64,000 nucleotides of DNA. Origin: an uncultured Clostridia bacterium (GTDB lineage: Bacteria > Bacillota > Clostridia > Christensenellales > Aristaeellaceae). A program made the position numbers and the translations under genes. The DNA lies in assembly GCA_946542235.1 (NCBI GenBank), contig CAMNKK010000004.1:3315-67314 (forward strand), in the 5' to 3' direction. Below the pieces are notes generated by a model. It worked only from the letters and a program-made list of their open reading frames with translations. It was not told where the DNA came from and searched no databases. Below, one piece after another: positions 20,048 through 30,459 of the stretch (position 1 is the first letter of the stretch; the number at the start of each line of letters is the position of its first letter).

Positions 20048-21184
20048 TTGAACACGGATTGCCGTACGGCTGCGCTGGCCTGGTTATCCAGTGCCGGGCT
20101 CGCTCCGGAATATCTGCGGGAAGTTTTGGAAGCTGAGCCGGACCCGGAACGGATATTGATGCATTTCCAGTCAAGGGGAGAACTGCCAGGTGAGCGGCCT
20201 CTCCCTGAAAAAATAAGACGAATGCTGAAGAAAAACTGCCAGTCTGATCAGATGTCCTTCTGGACCGGATTGATTGAAAAGTATCAAATCAAGGGAATGA
20301 CCGTCACCGGGGAAGACTATCCGGGCCGCCTCCTTCCTTTGTCTGAATCACCGGCGATTCTTTTTTATCAGGGTTCGCCTGCCGCCGCAGACCGCCCTTC
20401 CGCGGCGATGGTCGGCAGCCGAAGCGCTTCCTATAAAGGACTGGATGCTGCCCGCAGGATTGCGGAGCATTTGAGCCGAAACGGCATTGCCATCGTCAGC
20501 GGGCTCGCATACGGCATTGATGCCGCAGCACATCAGGGATGTCTGAAGGGCGGCAGCCCGACGATTGCCATTCTGGGCTGCGGTCTGGATCAGGACTATC
20601 CGCAGGAAAATGCTCAGCTCCGGCGGGAAATACTGTCCCGGGGCGGACTGGTTCTCAGTGAATACCCACCGGGAGAAAAGCCTCTGGGATGGCATTTCCC
20701 TTATCGGAACAGGATTATCAGCGGTATGGGAGATTGCCTGATCCTGATGGAAGCCAGAATCCGAAGCGGATCCATGACCAGCGTTCAGCATGCCCTGAAT
20801 CAGGGCAGGGATGTATTTGTCTATCCCGGGGAACCTGGAAGTCCGAAGAGCGAGGGCAATCATCAGCTGCTGCGGGAGGGAGCCATCTATTTCACATCGG
20901 CAGAAGATATCATGGAAGATATGGGCTGGCTTGACAAGAATAACGATGTGGGGCAAAATAGCGATCATCAGGCTGAATCGGCAGTTCGAAATTCTCCGGC
21001 GGAAGAACAGGTTCTTCATCGGCTGAAGGATGGTGAACAGGGTTTTGACCAGCTTTGTGAAGCGCTGAATATGCCGGCAGCCATGCTGAACGCAACACTG
21101 TCCCTGCTGCAGATCAGGGGTCTGATTCAGGCATTGCCCGGCAAGCTGTACCGGATTTCAGATCAGGCCGGGAATTTTGCCTGA
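20048..21184 (+). CDS. dprA: DNA processing protein DprA
   Basis: VGSR, VSGLAYGID, FPYRNRIISG, SGS; TTG start behind GGAGG. Confidence 0.95.
   Translation: MNTDCRTAALAWLSSAGLAPEYLREVLEAEPDPERILMHFQSRGELPGERPLPEKIRRMLKKNCQSDQMSFWTGLIEKYQIKGMTVTGEDYPGRLLPLSESPAILFYQGSPAAADRPSAAMVGSRSASYKGLDAARRIAEHLSRNGIAIVSGLAYGIDAAAHQGCLKGGSPTIAILGCGLDQDYPQENAQLRREILSRGGLVLSEYPPGEKPLGWHFPYRNRIISGMGDCLILMEARIRSGSMTSVQHALNQGRDVFVYPGEPGSPKSEGNHQLLREGAIYFTSAEDIMEDMGWLDKNNDVGQNSDHQAESAVRNSPAEEQVLHRLKDGEQGFDQLCEALNMPAAMLNATLSLLQIRGLIQALPGKLYRISDQAGNFA
20931..20959 (+). promoter_or_regulatory. possible internal promoter within dprA, driving topA
   Basis: TTGACA-17 nt-CAAAAT in the dprA interdomain linker. Confidence 0.4.
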
Positions 21185-21257
21185 AAGAGCGGGAACCGGT
21201 TGACTCAGAGGAAGCACTCCGAAAGGAACAAACATCAGAAAAAGGAATGAGAAGGGT

Positions 21258-23384
21258 ATGCCGACGGAAACAAAAAAGAAACTGATCATCGTGGAATCCC
21301 CGGCCAAGGCCAAAGCGGTCAGCCGTTACCTCGGGAAAGGATACAAGGTGGAAGCTTCGCAGGGACATGTATGCGACCTTCCCAAATCCCAGCTGGGAGT
21401 GGATCCCGAAAAGGATTTCGAGATGAAATATATCACGATCCGGGGTCGGGGTGATATCCTTGCCCGAATCCGGAAGGAAGCAAAAAATGCGAAAGAGATC
21501 TACTTCGCAACAGACCCTGACCGGGAAGGAGAGGCCATCAGCTGGCATCTTTTCCATGCTCTGGGCGTAGATGAAAGCAAGCCCTGCCGGATCGAGTTTC
21601 ACGAAGTGACCAAAAAAGCTGTTCAGAACGCAGTTAAACATCCGCGGCAGCTGGATATGGGGCGCATCGATGCACAGCAGGCCCGCCGGGCGCTGGACCG
21701 TCTGGTTGGATACAAAATCAGTCCGCTGCTGTGGGCAAAAATCAAAAAAGGTCTTTCTGCCGGAAGAGTGCAAAGTGTCGCAACCAGGATGGTTGTAGAC
21801 CGGGAGAAAGAAATTGACAGCTTCATTCCGGAGGAGTACTGGGACATTAATGTGGACTGCACAGGAAAAATGGAAGGCAAAACCTTTCATCTGGATACGA
21901 AGCTGGTCACGCTGGACGGAAAAAAAGCAAAAATCACCAATCGGGAGGAAGCGGATGCAGCACTGAAGAAAATCAGGGCTGCAAAGCTGCAGATTCAGGA
22001 AATCAGAAGCAAGGAAAAGAAGAGGATGCCCGCACCGCCCTTTACTACCTCCAGCCTGCAGCAGGAAGCAAGCCGAAAGCTTTCTTTCACCACGTCCCGA
22101 ACCATGCAGGTTGTCCAGCAGCTGTATGAAGGAATTGATCTGGCCGGAGAAGGAACACAGGGCCTGGTTACCTATATTCGTACAGACTCGGTCCGCGTCA
22201 GCGAGGAAGCCCTGCAAAGTCTTCGGGAATGGATCCCGCGGAAGTTCGGCCCGGAATATCTGCCGGAAACTCCGCTGGAATACAAGGGACGGAAGAATGC
22301 TCAGGATGCCCATGAAGCAATCCGTCCTACGGATGTGACAAGAACCCCGGAATCGGTCAAGTCCTCCCTGACAAGGGATCAGCTGATGCTGTACCGTCTG
22401 ATCTATAATCGCTTTGTAGCCAGTCAGATGGCGCCGGCTGTTTATGAAACCATGGCCATCGAGATCGGGGATTCGTGTGTAGGTCTCCGGTACTATGGCG
22501 AGCATAAAACTTTCGCCGGCTTTACAACCCTTTATGAAGAAAGTACGGATGATGAAACAATCCAGAAAAAGGAAGGCGCCCTGCCGGCTCTGAAGGAAAA
22601 ACTCCTTCTGAAAGCGGACAGCGTGGATCCTCAGCAGCATTTTACCCAGCCCCCGAGCAGATATACGGAAGCCAGTCTGGTCAAGACGCTGGAGGAAAAC
22701 GGCATCGGCCGTCCCTCCACTTATGCGCCTACCATATCCACCATCGTTTCCCGGGGGTATGTTACCCGTGAAAAAAAGCGGATTTATCCGACAGAGCTCG
22801 GGATCATGGTCACAAGCCTGATGCAGGAATATTTCAGTGATATTGTGGACACGGAATTTACTGCCGATATGGAAGAACGGCTGGATCAGGTGGAAGAGGG
22901 AACCCGGGACTGGAAGCAGATTCTGCGGGAATTCTATCCGGGGTTCAAAAAGGAACTGGATGTTGCCGAGCAGGAAATCGAGAAAATAGAAATACAGGAT
23001 GAAGTCAGCGACGTGGTCTGCGATCAGTGCGGTGCCATGATGGTTTACAAGATGGGCCGTTTCGGAAGGTTCCTGGCTTGTCCGAATTTCCCCGATTGCC
23101 GGAATACAAAACCTATTCTGACCTATCTGGATACGCCCTGCCCCAAATGCGGCAAACGTCTGCTGGAAAAGGTCAGCAAGAAGAATCGGAAATTCTACGG
23201 ATGCGAGGGATATCCTGACTGCGACTTCGTCAGCTGGGACAAACCTGTCCCCGAAAAATGCCCCCGATGCGGAAGCTTCATGGTGGAGAAACGAAACAGC
23301 AGAAAAGGGGTAACGCATCTCTGTACGAATGAAACCTGCCGCTATCGTGAAACAGTGGCAGCTGATGAGGCTGAAAATGAATAA
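21258..23384 (+). CDS. topA: DNA topoisomerase I
   Basis: [30 protein letters not shown] (catalytic Tyr), AHEAIRP, C-terminal Zn ribbons. Confidence 0.98.
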   Translation: MPTETKKKLIIVESPAKAKAVSRYLGKGYKVEASQGHVCDLPKSQLGVDPEKDFEMKYITIRGRGDILARIRKEAKNAKEIYFATDPDREGEAISWHLFHALGVDESKPCRIEFHEVTKKAVQNAVKHPRQLDMGRIDAQQARRALDRLVGYKISPLLWAKIKKGLSAGRVQSVATRMVVDREKEIDSFIPEEYWDINVDCTGKMEGKTFHLDTKLVTLDGKKAKITNREEADAALKKIRAAKLQIQEIRSKEKKRMPAPPFTTSSLQQEASRKLSFTTSRTMQVVQQLYEGIDLAGEGTQGLVTYIRTDSVRVSEEALQSLREWIPRKFGPEYLPETPLEYKGRKNAQDAHEAIRPTDVTRTPESVKSSLTRDQLMLYRLIYNRFVASQMAPAVYETMAIEIGDSCVGLRYYGEHKTFAGFTTLYEESTDDETIQKKEGALPALKEKLLLKADSVDPQQHFTQPPSRYTEASLVKTLEENGIGRPSTYAPTISTIVSRGYVTREKKRIYPTELGIMVTSLMQEYFSDIVDTEFTADMEERLDQVEEGTRDWKQILREFYPGFKKELDVAEQEIEKIEIQDEVSDVVCDQCGAMMVYKMGRFGRFLACPNFPDCRNTKPILTYLDTPCPKCGKRLLEKVSKKNRKFYGCEGYPDCDFVSWDKPVPEKCPRCGSFMVEKRNSRKGVTHLCTNETCRYRETVAADEAENE

Positions 23385-24702
23385 GGTGCAGGTCATCGGA
23401 GCAGGGCTGGCCGGCTGTGAGGCAGCCTGGCAGCTGGCCAGAAGGGGAATCCCGGTGCGTCTGACTGAGATGAAACCGGGAAAGAGCTCTCCGGCGCATC
23501 ATTCTGCCGACTTTGCGGAGCTGGTTTGCTCCAACAGCTTTCGGGGGGACCGGCTGAGCAATGCAGTCGGCCTCCTGAAGGAGGAAATGCGGCGTTTCGG
23601 CTCTCTGATTCTTTCCGCAGCGGATCATCAGCGGGTTCCAGCCGGCGGCGCGCTGGCTGTCGACCGGACAGGATTTGCCCGGGAGGTTACCGAAAGAATT
23701 CGCAGCCATCCATTGATTGAAACTGTTTCCGCTGAAGCGGATACGGTACCAGAAGCGCCGGCAGTCATCGCTACGGGACCTCTGACCAGCGAAAAAATGG
23801 CATCGGCAATCCGCGGGCTTCCCGGACTTGGGACGCTGAATTTCTATGATGCCGCTGCTCCGATTGTGGTCCGGGAATCGCTTGACATGAGCCGGATCTT
23901 TCGAATGAGCCGGTACGGCCGGGGCGACGATTATCTGAACTGTCCCATGACGGAAGCGGAATACGACGCTTTCATTACCGAGCTGATCGGTGCCGAAACC
24001 GCTGAGATCCATGGCTTTGAAGAAAAGAAAGTCTTTGAAGGCTGTATGCCCATTGAAAGCATGGCAAAGCGGGGAAGAATGGTACCTGCATTTGGTCCCA
24101 TGAAGCCTGTCGGCCTGAAGCGGGAGGGAGAAAGGCTGCCCTTTGCCGTGGTTCAGCTGCGGCAGGATGATGCTGCTGACACGCTTTATAACCTGGTAGG
24201 CTTTCAGACAAGGCTGAAATTTCCTGAGCAGCAGCGGGTTTTTCGGATGATTCCGGGGCTGGAGCATGCCGAATTTGCCAGATATGGCGTCATGCACCGG
24301 AATACTTTTCTGAACAGTCCGGGTTTTCTGAACGATCAATTCGAAATGATCAGCCGGCCCGGCGTTTACTTTGCGGGACAGATGACCGGAGTGGAAGGAT
24401 ATGTTGAAAGCGCGGCCAGCGGGCTGGTGGCGGGGGTTTCCCTGGCCAGAAGCCTTCTGGGCCTGCCAAGGATGGAATTCCCTGGCCTGACCGCCCTGGG
24501 AGCCATGGGAAGGTATATTTCCACGCCCAATGTCCGGTTTCAGCCGATGAACTGCGCTTTTGGGCTGATTGATTCACTTCCCGCAGAACCCGGAAAAAGG
24601 AAAATCCGGAACAAGGCGGAAAGATATGAGGCCATTTCAGCCAGAGCACTGGAGTACTGGCAGGACCATGAACAGATGATCCAGGAAGGAGTTATGGAAT
24701 GA
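23377..24702 (+). CDS. trmFO: tRNA (uracil-54) methyltransferase TrmFO
   Basis: [36 protein letters not shown]; start moved to ATG 23377. Confidence 0.97.
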   Translation: MNKVQVIGAGLAGCEAAWQLARRGIPVRLTEMKPGKSSPAHHSADFAELVCSNSFRGDRLSNAVGLLKEEMRRFGSLILSAADHQRVPAGGALAVDRTGFAREVTERIRSHPLIETVSAEADTVPEAPAVIATGPLTSEKMASAIRGLPGLGTLNFYDAAAPIVVRESLDMSRIFRMSRYGRGDDYLNCPMTEAEYDAFITELIGAETAEIHGFEEKKVFEGCMPIESMAKRGRMVPAFGPMKPVGLKREGERLPFAVVQLRQDDAADTLYNLVGFQTRLKFPEQQRVFRMIPGLEHAEFARYGVMHRNTFLNSPGFLNDQFEMISRPGVYFAGQMTGVEGYVESAASGLVAGVSLARSLLGLPRMEFPGLTALGAMGRYISTPNVRFQPMNCAFGLIDSLPAEPGKRKIRNKAERYEAISARALEYWQDHEQMIQEGVME

Positions 24703-25238
24703 GCAGTCCGTTCAGAGGAACGACCATCTGCGCCGTCAGGAAAAACGGGAAAATTGCCATCGCCGGAGACGGGCAGGTCACCATGGGAGAAAGCACCATT
24801 TTCAAAACAACCGCCCGGAAGGTTCGCCGGCTTTATCACGGCACCGTAGCGGTAGGATTTGCCGGAAGCGTGGTGGACGCTTTCATCCTGTGCGAAAAAT
24901 TTGAAGAGAAGCTGGAACAATGCGGCGGAAATCTGGAAAAGGCCGCTGTCGCGCTGGCTCAGACCTGGAGGGGTGATCAGGCCATGCGGCAGCTTGAATC
25001 CATGATGATTGTCGCAAATCACGAAAAGCTGCTGATTCTGAGCGGAACCGGAGAAGTCATCGAACCGGATGAGGGTATTGCCGCCATTGGTTCCGGAGGA
25101 AATTACGCACTGGCTGCGGCCAGGGCTCTTTGCGGAAATACGGATCTTTCCGCCCATGAGATTGCTGAAAAATCGCTGCAGATTGCCGCCAGCATCTGCG
25201 TGTTCACCAATAACAATATTATCGTTGAAGATGTCTGA
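24699..25238 (+). CDS. hslV: ATP-dependent protease subunit HslV (ClpQ)
   Basis: short propeptide then TTICAV, GDGQVT, GSGGNYA. Confidence 0.97.
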   Translation: MSSPFRGTTICAVRKNGKIAIAGDGQVTMGESTIFKTTARKVRRLYHGTVAVGFAGSVVDAFILCEKFEEKLEQCGGNLEKAAVALAQTWRGDQAMRQLESMMIVANHEKLLILSGTGEVIEPDEGIAAIGSGGNYALAAARALCGNTDLSAHEIAEKSLQIAASICVFTNNNIIVEDV

Positions 25239-25255
25239 CAGAGGGGGAGCACAGG

Positions 25256-26626
25256 ATGGAACTTACACCGAGACAGATCGTACATGAGCTGGACCGGTAT
25301 ATTATCGGCCAGGAGGAAGCCAAGAAATCCGTTGCTATCGCGCTGCGGAACAGATACCGCCGGAGCCGTGTCCCTGAAGAGCTCCGGGATGAGATTAGTC
25401 CGAAGAATATTCTGATGATCGGGCCGACCGGCGTCGGAAAAACTGAAATCGCCAGGAGACTTGCCCGGCTGGTGAACGCCCCCTTCATTAAGGTGGAAGC
25501 CACTAAATTTACGGAAGTCGGCTATGTGGGCCGGGATGTGGAGAGCATTATCCGCGATCTGACGGAAAATGCGATCCGAATGGTTCGGAAAGAGCATGAA
25601 GAACGCGTACTGCCCAGAGCAAGAGTTCTGGCGGAAGATGCTCTGGCTGAGCTGCTGGTTCATCCGCCCCGGAAAACCGGCGGCGCAATGTCGAATCCGC
25701 TGGATTATCTGCTGGGACGGCAAAAGGAGCAAACTCCTTCCGGTGAGGAAGCCACAGCGCTGGCCCGGAAGAAAGAAGATGTCCGCCAGCAGCTGATGCG
25801 GGGTGAACTGGAAGAGAATGAACTGGAAATCGAGGTTGCGGAGGAAATGCCCACCCTGGAAGTCGGCGGAAGCAGCATTTCCCTCGGGGATATGATGGGC
25901 AATATGATGCCGCAGAAAACAAGACTCCGGCATGTAAAGGTCAGGGAAGCCCGTAAAATACTGACGGAGCAGGAAGCAGCCAAGCTGATTGATAACGACG
26001 CGGTGCAGGAGGAGGCAATTCGCAGGACTGAACAGAACGGGATCGTTTTTATCGATGAAATCGATAAGATTGCATCCTCTTCTTCCGGGCATGGGCCTGA
26101 TGTCAGCAGGGAAGGCGTACAGCGGGATATTCTGCCGATTGTGGAAGGCTGCACTGTCAATACCAAATACGGCGCGGTCAAGACAGACTTTATGCTTTTC
26201 ATCGCAGCGGGTGCTTTCCATGTGAGCAAGGTGTCTGATCTGATTCCGGAGCTTCAGGGTCGGTTTCCGGTGCATGTGCAGCTGAACAGCCTGTCGAAGG
26301 AGGATTTCGAAAAGATCCTTACTGAACCGGAAAATGCACTGACCCGTCAGTACAGAGCGCTGCTGGAAGTAGACAGGGTGCTGCTGGATTTCCAGCCTTC
26401 CGCCATTTCCGCCATCGCGGAAGCTGCTTTCAACGCCAATGAGAACCAGGAGGATATCGGGGCCAGACGTCTTCACGCGGTATTTGAACAGCTGCTGGAA
26501 GATGTCAGCTTCAATGCCGGAGACGAAAACATGCCGCCTTTCTCGCTTTCCATCGACTCCGCATATGTGGAAGAGCACCTGAAGGATGAAAACAAACCAA
26601 TGGACCTGAAGAAATATATTATCTGA
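25256..26626 (+). CDS. hslU: ATP-dependent protease ATPase subunit HslU (ClpY)
   Basis: [37 protein letters not shown]. Confidence 0.98.
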   Translation: MELTPRQIVHELDRYIIGQEEAKKSVAIALRNRYRRSRVPEELRDEISPKNILMIGPTGVGKTEIARRLARLVNAPFIKVEATKFTEVGYVGRDVESIIRDLTENAIRMVRKEHEERVLPRARVLAEDALAELLVHPPRKTGGAMSNPLDYLLGRQKEQTPSGEEATALARKKEDVRQQLMRGELEENELEIEVAEEMPTLEVGGSSISLGDMMGNMMPQKTRLRHVKVREARKILTEQEAAKLIDNDAVQEEAIRRTEQNGIVFIDEIDKIASSSSGHGPDVSREGVQRDILPIVEGCTVNTKYGAVKTDFMLFIAAGAFHVSKVSDLIPELQGRFPVHVQLNSLSKEDFEKILTEPENALTRQYRALLEVDRVLLDFQPSAISAIAEAAFNANENQEDIGARRLHAVFEQLLEDVSFNAGDENMPPFSLSIDSAYVEEHLKDENKPMDLKKYII

Positions 26627-26661
26627 CGGAAGTACTGTGGGAGAATGGGAGGGGAGTCAGC

Positions 26662-27471
26662 ATGATCCGAAAAATCGGGATGATTGGCACAGGAAATATG
26701 GGATCCGCTATTCTGAGAGGAATTGTAGACGCGGATTATGTCAAAGCCGGCCAGATTTATGTTTATGACGTCAGCAAACGAAAGATGCGGGAAATTACCG
26801 AAGATATTCCCGGTATCAATCCGGCAGAAGACTGCCAGGACGTCGCGGAGAACTCCGATCTGATCATTCTGGCTGTCAAACCGCTCTACATCCGGGAAGT
26901 CATCGATGAGATTCATCCGTTTCTGCAGGGAAAAGCCGTGCTCAGTATCGCGGCGGGCTGGACCGTCAGCATGCTGAAAAAGGAGCTGGAAGGCTCCGGT
27001 GCCGCCTGGCTGCGTGTGATGCCCAACACACCCGCGCTGGTAGGGGAAGGCATGACTGCCATCTGTGATGATACGACCTTCAGTCAGGAAGATTTTGACT
27101 TTGCCAAGGGAATCTTCGATGCGGTAGGAAAGACACGGGTCCTTCCCGAACGTCTCTTTGACGGAGTCATCGCCATCAGCGGCAGCAGTCCCGCTTATGT
27201 ATACATGATGATCGAAGCTATGGCAGATGCGGGTGTCCGGGAAGGGCTTCCAAGATCCTATGCCTATGAAATGGCCGCTCAGAGCGTACTGGGCAGTGCG
27301 CTGATGGTGCTTTCCTCCGGGACACACCCCGCAGCTCTGAAGGATGCTGTCTGTTCTCCCGGGGGAACGACAATTGAAGCAGTGGCCGCACTTGAAAAAA
27401 ACGGTTTCCGGAACGCAATTCTGGAGGCAATGAGAGTTTGCGCGGAAAAAAGCAGAGAGATGTCGAGGTAA
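26662..27471 (+). CDS. proC: pyrroline-5-carboxylate reductase
   Basis: GTGNMG, AVKP, RVMPNTP, SGSSPAY, SPGGTT. Confidence 0.97.
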   Translation: MIRKIGMIGTGNMGSAILRGIVDADYVKAGQIYVYDVSKRKMREITEDIPGINPAEDCQDVAENSDLIILAVKPLYIREVIDEIHPFLQGKAVLSIAAGWTVSMLKKELEGSGAAWLRVMPNTPALVGEGMTAICDDTTFSQEDFDFAKGIFDAVGKTRVLPERLFDGVIAISGSSPAYVYMMIEAMADAGVREGLPRSYAYEMAAQSVLGSALMVLSSGTHPAALKDAVCSPGGTTIEAVAALEKNGFRNAILEAMRVCAEKSREMSR

Positions 27472-27477
27472 GGTCGA

Positions 27478-27972
27478 ATGGACGCGGAAAACAGGAAATC
27501 CGTAAACATCTATACTGACGGAGCGTGCAGCGGAAATCCCGGCCCCGGCGGCTGGGCTGCTATCCTTGAATTCGGACCTCATCAGAAGGAAATCTCCGGG
27601 TTTATGGCTGGAACAACCAATAACCGGATGGAACTTTTTGCCGCTATCAGCGGACTGGGAGCCCTGAAGGAGCCCTGCAACGTGAAGCTTTATTCCGACA
27701 GTGCCTACCTTGTCAATGCTTTCAACGAGCATTGGATCGACGGCTGGAAAAAGCGGGGATGGAAAAAAAGTGACGGAGAACCGGTGGAGAATCAGGATCT
27801 CTGGTTCATACTGACCGCACAGACCAGAAAGCATCATGTGGAGTTTTTCAAGGTAAAGGGCCACGCTGATCATCCGCAGAACAACAGATGCGATGAACTG
27901 GCCAGAGCCGCAATTGAGGAGTACAGACGGCTGAACCCTCCGCTGACAGAGAACGCAGCACAGATGGAATAA
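27478..27972 (+). CDS. rnhA: ribonuclease HI
   Basis: YTDGACSGNPGPGG, TNNRMEL, SDSAY, VKGH, NNRCD. Confidence 0.97.
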   Translation: MDAENRKSVNIYTDGACSGNPGPGGWAAILEFGPHQKEISGFMAGTTNNRMELFAAISGLGALKEPCNVKLYSDSAYLVNAFNEHWIDGWKKRGWKKSDGEPVENQDLWFILTAQTRKHHVEFFKVKGHADHPQNNRCDELARAAIEEYRRLNPPLTENAAQME

Positions 27973-28037
27973 ACATATCTCCCGGATTGATCCGGATGCT
28001 GTACCGGGCAGCGGACATTCCATGTTTTCAGGTAGTA

Positions 28038-28066
28038 TTGCCAACCATGCTTTCATATGATAAACT
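28038..28066 (+). promoter_or_regulatory. putative sigma-A promoter of the secreted protein gene
   Basis: TTGCCA-17 nt-TAAACT with extended TG. Confidence 0.5.
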
Positions 28067-28179
28067 ATAGGTAAAGTATGGATGCACGTTCACCGACGCA
28101 TAACGCTCCAGGTTTGGATTCCGTGTCGGATTCGGCACTGTACAAAAATGAATCATGGTAGAAAGAGGAGGACCCAAAG

Positions 28180-28875
28180 ATGAAGAAGCTCGTATCCCTG
28201 CTGCTTGCAATCCTGATGCTTCTGGCGTTGATTCCCGCGGGGGCGGAAACGACTCCGGCTGGAACCTGGTACCTGGTCGAGGTTTCTTCCGGCAGCGTTT
28301 CGTTACAGCCTTCGGCACTGGGAATGAAAATGATCCTGGTTCTGAATGAGGATGGATCCGCGGATATCAGCACTACTTATGGGGAAGAAACCACTGAAAA
28401 CAAGGGAACCTGGGCTTTTGAGGGCAATCAGGTGACCATTTCACAGGACGAAGGCAGCATTTCCCTTACCCTGGAGGATGACCGCCTGATTCTCACACAG
28501 GAGGGCGGCTCCATGATCTTCTCCCAGAATCCGGACGCTGTACCTGCCGCTTCTGAAATCAATCCTGTTGCAGCGGAAAACGAAGAAGCCTATCTGGGAA
28601 CCTGGGCGCTGGTTCAGGGCCGCGTGAACGGCATTCTTCTGCCCGGTGAGGCGTTAGGCCTGAAAGCAACGATTATCATCGAACCCGGCAGCGCAACCAT
28701 AGACTACGATGGGCAAAAATATACTTCTCCCACCCAGTTCGCGGACGGAAAGCTGCAGTGCACGGATGATGACGGAACGGTTACAGTTTTTATCATGAAT
28801 GATAACGGCCAGATTTCCATTACTGTTGATTCCAACGGCACTGAAGTAGTTATGTATTTCGAAAAGACGGTCTGA
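28180..28875 (+). CDS. secreted acidic protein with two tandem lipocalin-like beta repeats
   Basis: signal peptide MKKLVSLLLA...; repeats PAGTWYL..LGMKMILVLNEDGSA and YLGTWAL..LGLKATIIIEPGSA; GAGGAGG RBS. Confidence 0.75.
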   Translation: MKKLVSLLLAILMLLALIPAGAETTPAGTWYLVEVSSGSVSLQPSALGMKMILVLNEDGSADISTTYGEETTENKGTWAFEGNQVTISQDEGSISLTLEDDRLILTQEGGSMIFSQNPDAVPAASEINPVAAENEEAYLGTWALVQGRVNGILLPGEALGLKATIIIEPGSATIDYDGQKYTSPTQFADGKLQCTDDDGTVTVFIMNDNGQISITVDSNGTEVVMYFEKTV

Positions 28876-28902
28876 TTGCAGACCAAGGATTCCTGAACGA
28901 AA

Positions 28903-28938
28903 AGAAGGCTGTGCGGGGGAGCGCAGCCTTCTCGTTTT
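28903..28938 (+). terminator. rho-independent terminator
   Basis: AGAAGGCTGTGC/GCGCAGCCTTCT stem then CGTTTT. Confidence 0.7.
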
Positions 28939-29090
28939 AGCTCATTTATTGTCTGCGGTTTGCTGTGTGCAAAATAATCCGGGGTGTGACCGAATCTGTC
29001 CCTTCAACGCGGATCTGCCGACGAGTCTCTCCGCCGCTTCGAACGGGCCGTTTGCCGGTCGGAAGCAGAAAAAGCATCAGCAAGTTATTC

Positions 29091-29119
29091 TTGACTTAGC
29101 GCAGATAATGTATTACAAC
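29091..29119 (+). promoter_or_regulatory. putative promoter of the tyrosine recombinase gene
   Basis: TTGACT-17 nt-TACAAC. Confidence 0.4.
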
Positions 29120-29190
29120 TAATCCGGGTTCAGTGGATATCCCTTCCATTTATGAATCCCGGCGCCTCTGGGGAAGGGAGAAATATTGAT

Positions 29191-29228
29191 TCAACTATTC
29201 GCTAAACCACAGTTTTACGAATAGTTGA
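29191..29228. other. candidate dif-like recombination site (imperfect inverted repeat)
   Basis: TCAACTATTCGCTAAAC-CACA-GTTTTACGAATAGTTGA; 17-bp arms match at 15/17; 76 bp upstream of the recombinase ATG. Confidence 0.65.
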
Positions 29229-29304
29229 GCAGCAGAAAAGACATATCCTCCATAGAGAGATTCCAAGGCCGTCCGGCCGCCATTTGAAAGGAAGTATTCA
29301 CCTG

Positions 29305-30402
29305 ATGGCTGATTCAAATCGAAATAAGTATCGGGATGAAATGGACGCTAAACGAATTTTGCAAATTCGTGAAATTGCCAGGGATTTGCCCCAGGCCTGC
29401 GGTGATTTTCTTCGGGCAATCGCCTTAACGACAAGCTCGCTCACAAGGCTCGCCTATGCCATCGATTTGAATACATTCTTTCAATTCCTTCATCAGGAGC
29501 GGCTCTTTTTTGCGCAGAAGCCGATTCCCCTGCTGGACGATTCCGACCTTGAAAAGCTGACTCAGTCGGACCTGACAGCATATGCCGAGTATTTGACATA
29601 TTATCTGAAATCCGACGAAAGCCATTCGGAAGACCGGGTTTTGGTAAATCATGACCTTGCGATAAAAAGAAAGCTTTGTTCCATCCGATCCTTTTATGAC
29701 TATCTATTTAAGAATCAAAGGATTGGATCAAATATAACTGAGCTTGTTCCTTTGCCGAAAATACATGAAAAGCCAATCCTGCGCCTCAGCAAGGCAGAGA
29801 TGATGAAGCTGCTGTCCACCGCTCAGGACGGTGCTGACATGAGTAAAGGACAGCAGCGTTTCCAGCGGATCACCGCCCGCCGGGACTATGCCATTCTCTG
29901 CCTGTTTCTCGGAACCGGCATGCGGGTCAGCGAATGCGTCGGTATTAACCTGCGGGACCTGGATATGGAAAATAACGCCGTTCTGGTTACCAGGAAAGGC
30001 GGAAATCAGGTTGTTCTTTATTTTCCTCCGGAAACCGCGGACGCTCTCGGTGAATATTTGGAAGAAAGAAAAGAAATTGAAACCTTGCCCGGCCATGAGG
30101 ATGCCCTGTTCCTGAGCCTGCAGAAAAAGCGGATTTCCCAGCGTGCGGTGCAGAATCTGGTGAAAAAATATGCCGCCATTGCGGCGCCTCTGAAGCCGCG
30201 GATCAGTCCGCATAAGCTTCGCAGCACCTATGCCACCAATTTGTATCAGGAAACAGGCGATATATATCTGGTTGCGGATGTTTTGGGTCACACTTCCGTT
30301 GATACGACCCGAAAGCATTATGCAGATATGACAGACGCGCGAAGACGGATGGCCGCGGAGCACGTTCATCTCCCCGGAGATCCGGAATTCAGCGAAAAAT
30401 GA
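29305..30402 (+). CDS. Xer-family tyrosine recombinase (XerS/XerH-sized, 365 aa)
   Basis: TGMRVSE (R), RKGG (K), SPHKLR (HxxR), LGH, KHY (Y); ATG 29305 behind GAAAGGA. Confidence 0.92.
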   Translation: MADSNRNKYRDEMDAKRILQIREIARDLPQACGDFLRAIALTTSSLTRLAYAIDLNTFFQFLHQERLFFAQKPIPLLDDSDLEKLTQSDLTAYAEYLTYYLKSDESHSEDRVLVNHDLAIKRKLCSIRSFYDYLFKNQRIGSNITELVPLPKIHEKPILRLSKAEMMKLLSTAQDGADMSKGQQRFQRITARRDYAILCLFLGTGMRVSECVGINLRDLDMENNAVLVTRKGGNQVVLYFPPETADALGEYLEERKEIETLPGHEDALFLSLQKKRISQRAVQNLVKKYAAIAAPLKPRISPHKLRSTYATNLYQETGDIYLVADVLGHTSVDTTRKHYADMTDARRRMAAEHVHLPGDPEFSEK

Positions 30403-30410
30403 CTGGAGTG

Positions 30411-30447
30411 AAAAAGCCGGCTTTCAAAAGCGAAGCCGGCTTTTTTT
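30411..30447. terminator. bidirectional rho-independent terminator
   Basis: AAAAAGCCGGCTT...AAGCCGGCTTTTTTT between convergent genes. Confidence 0.85.
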
Positions 30448-30459
30448 GATGCCTGCGGA

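Noticed and set aside
21114-23396. 760-aa antisense ORF opposite topA
   Set aside because: Shadow frame caused by codon bias; no recognisable protein features.
28070-28145. Resemblance to a c-di-GMP-I riboswitch (GGTAAA...GACGCA)
   Set aside because: No GNRA-capped P2 and no matching P1/P3 arrangement.
29305-30402. Recombinase as the integrase of a prophage or ICE
   Set aside because: No phage or conjugation cargo, no adjacent tRNA, no att direct repeats seen; flanked mostly by housekeeping genes.
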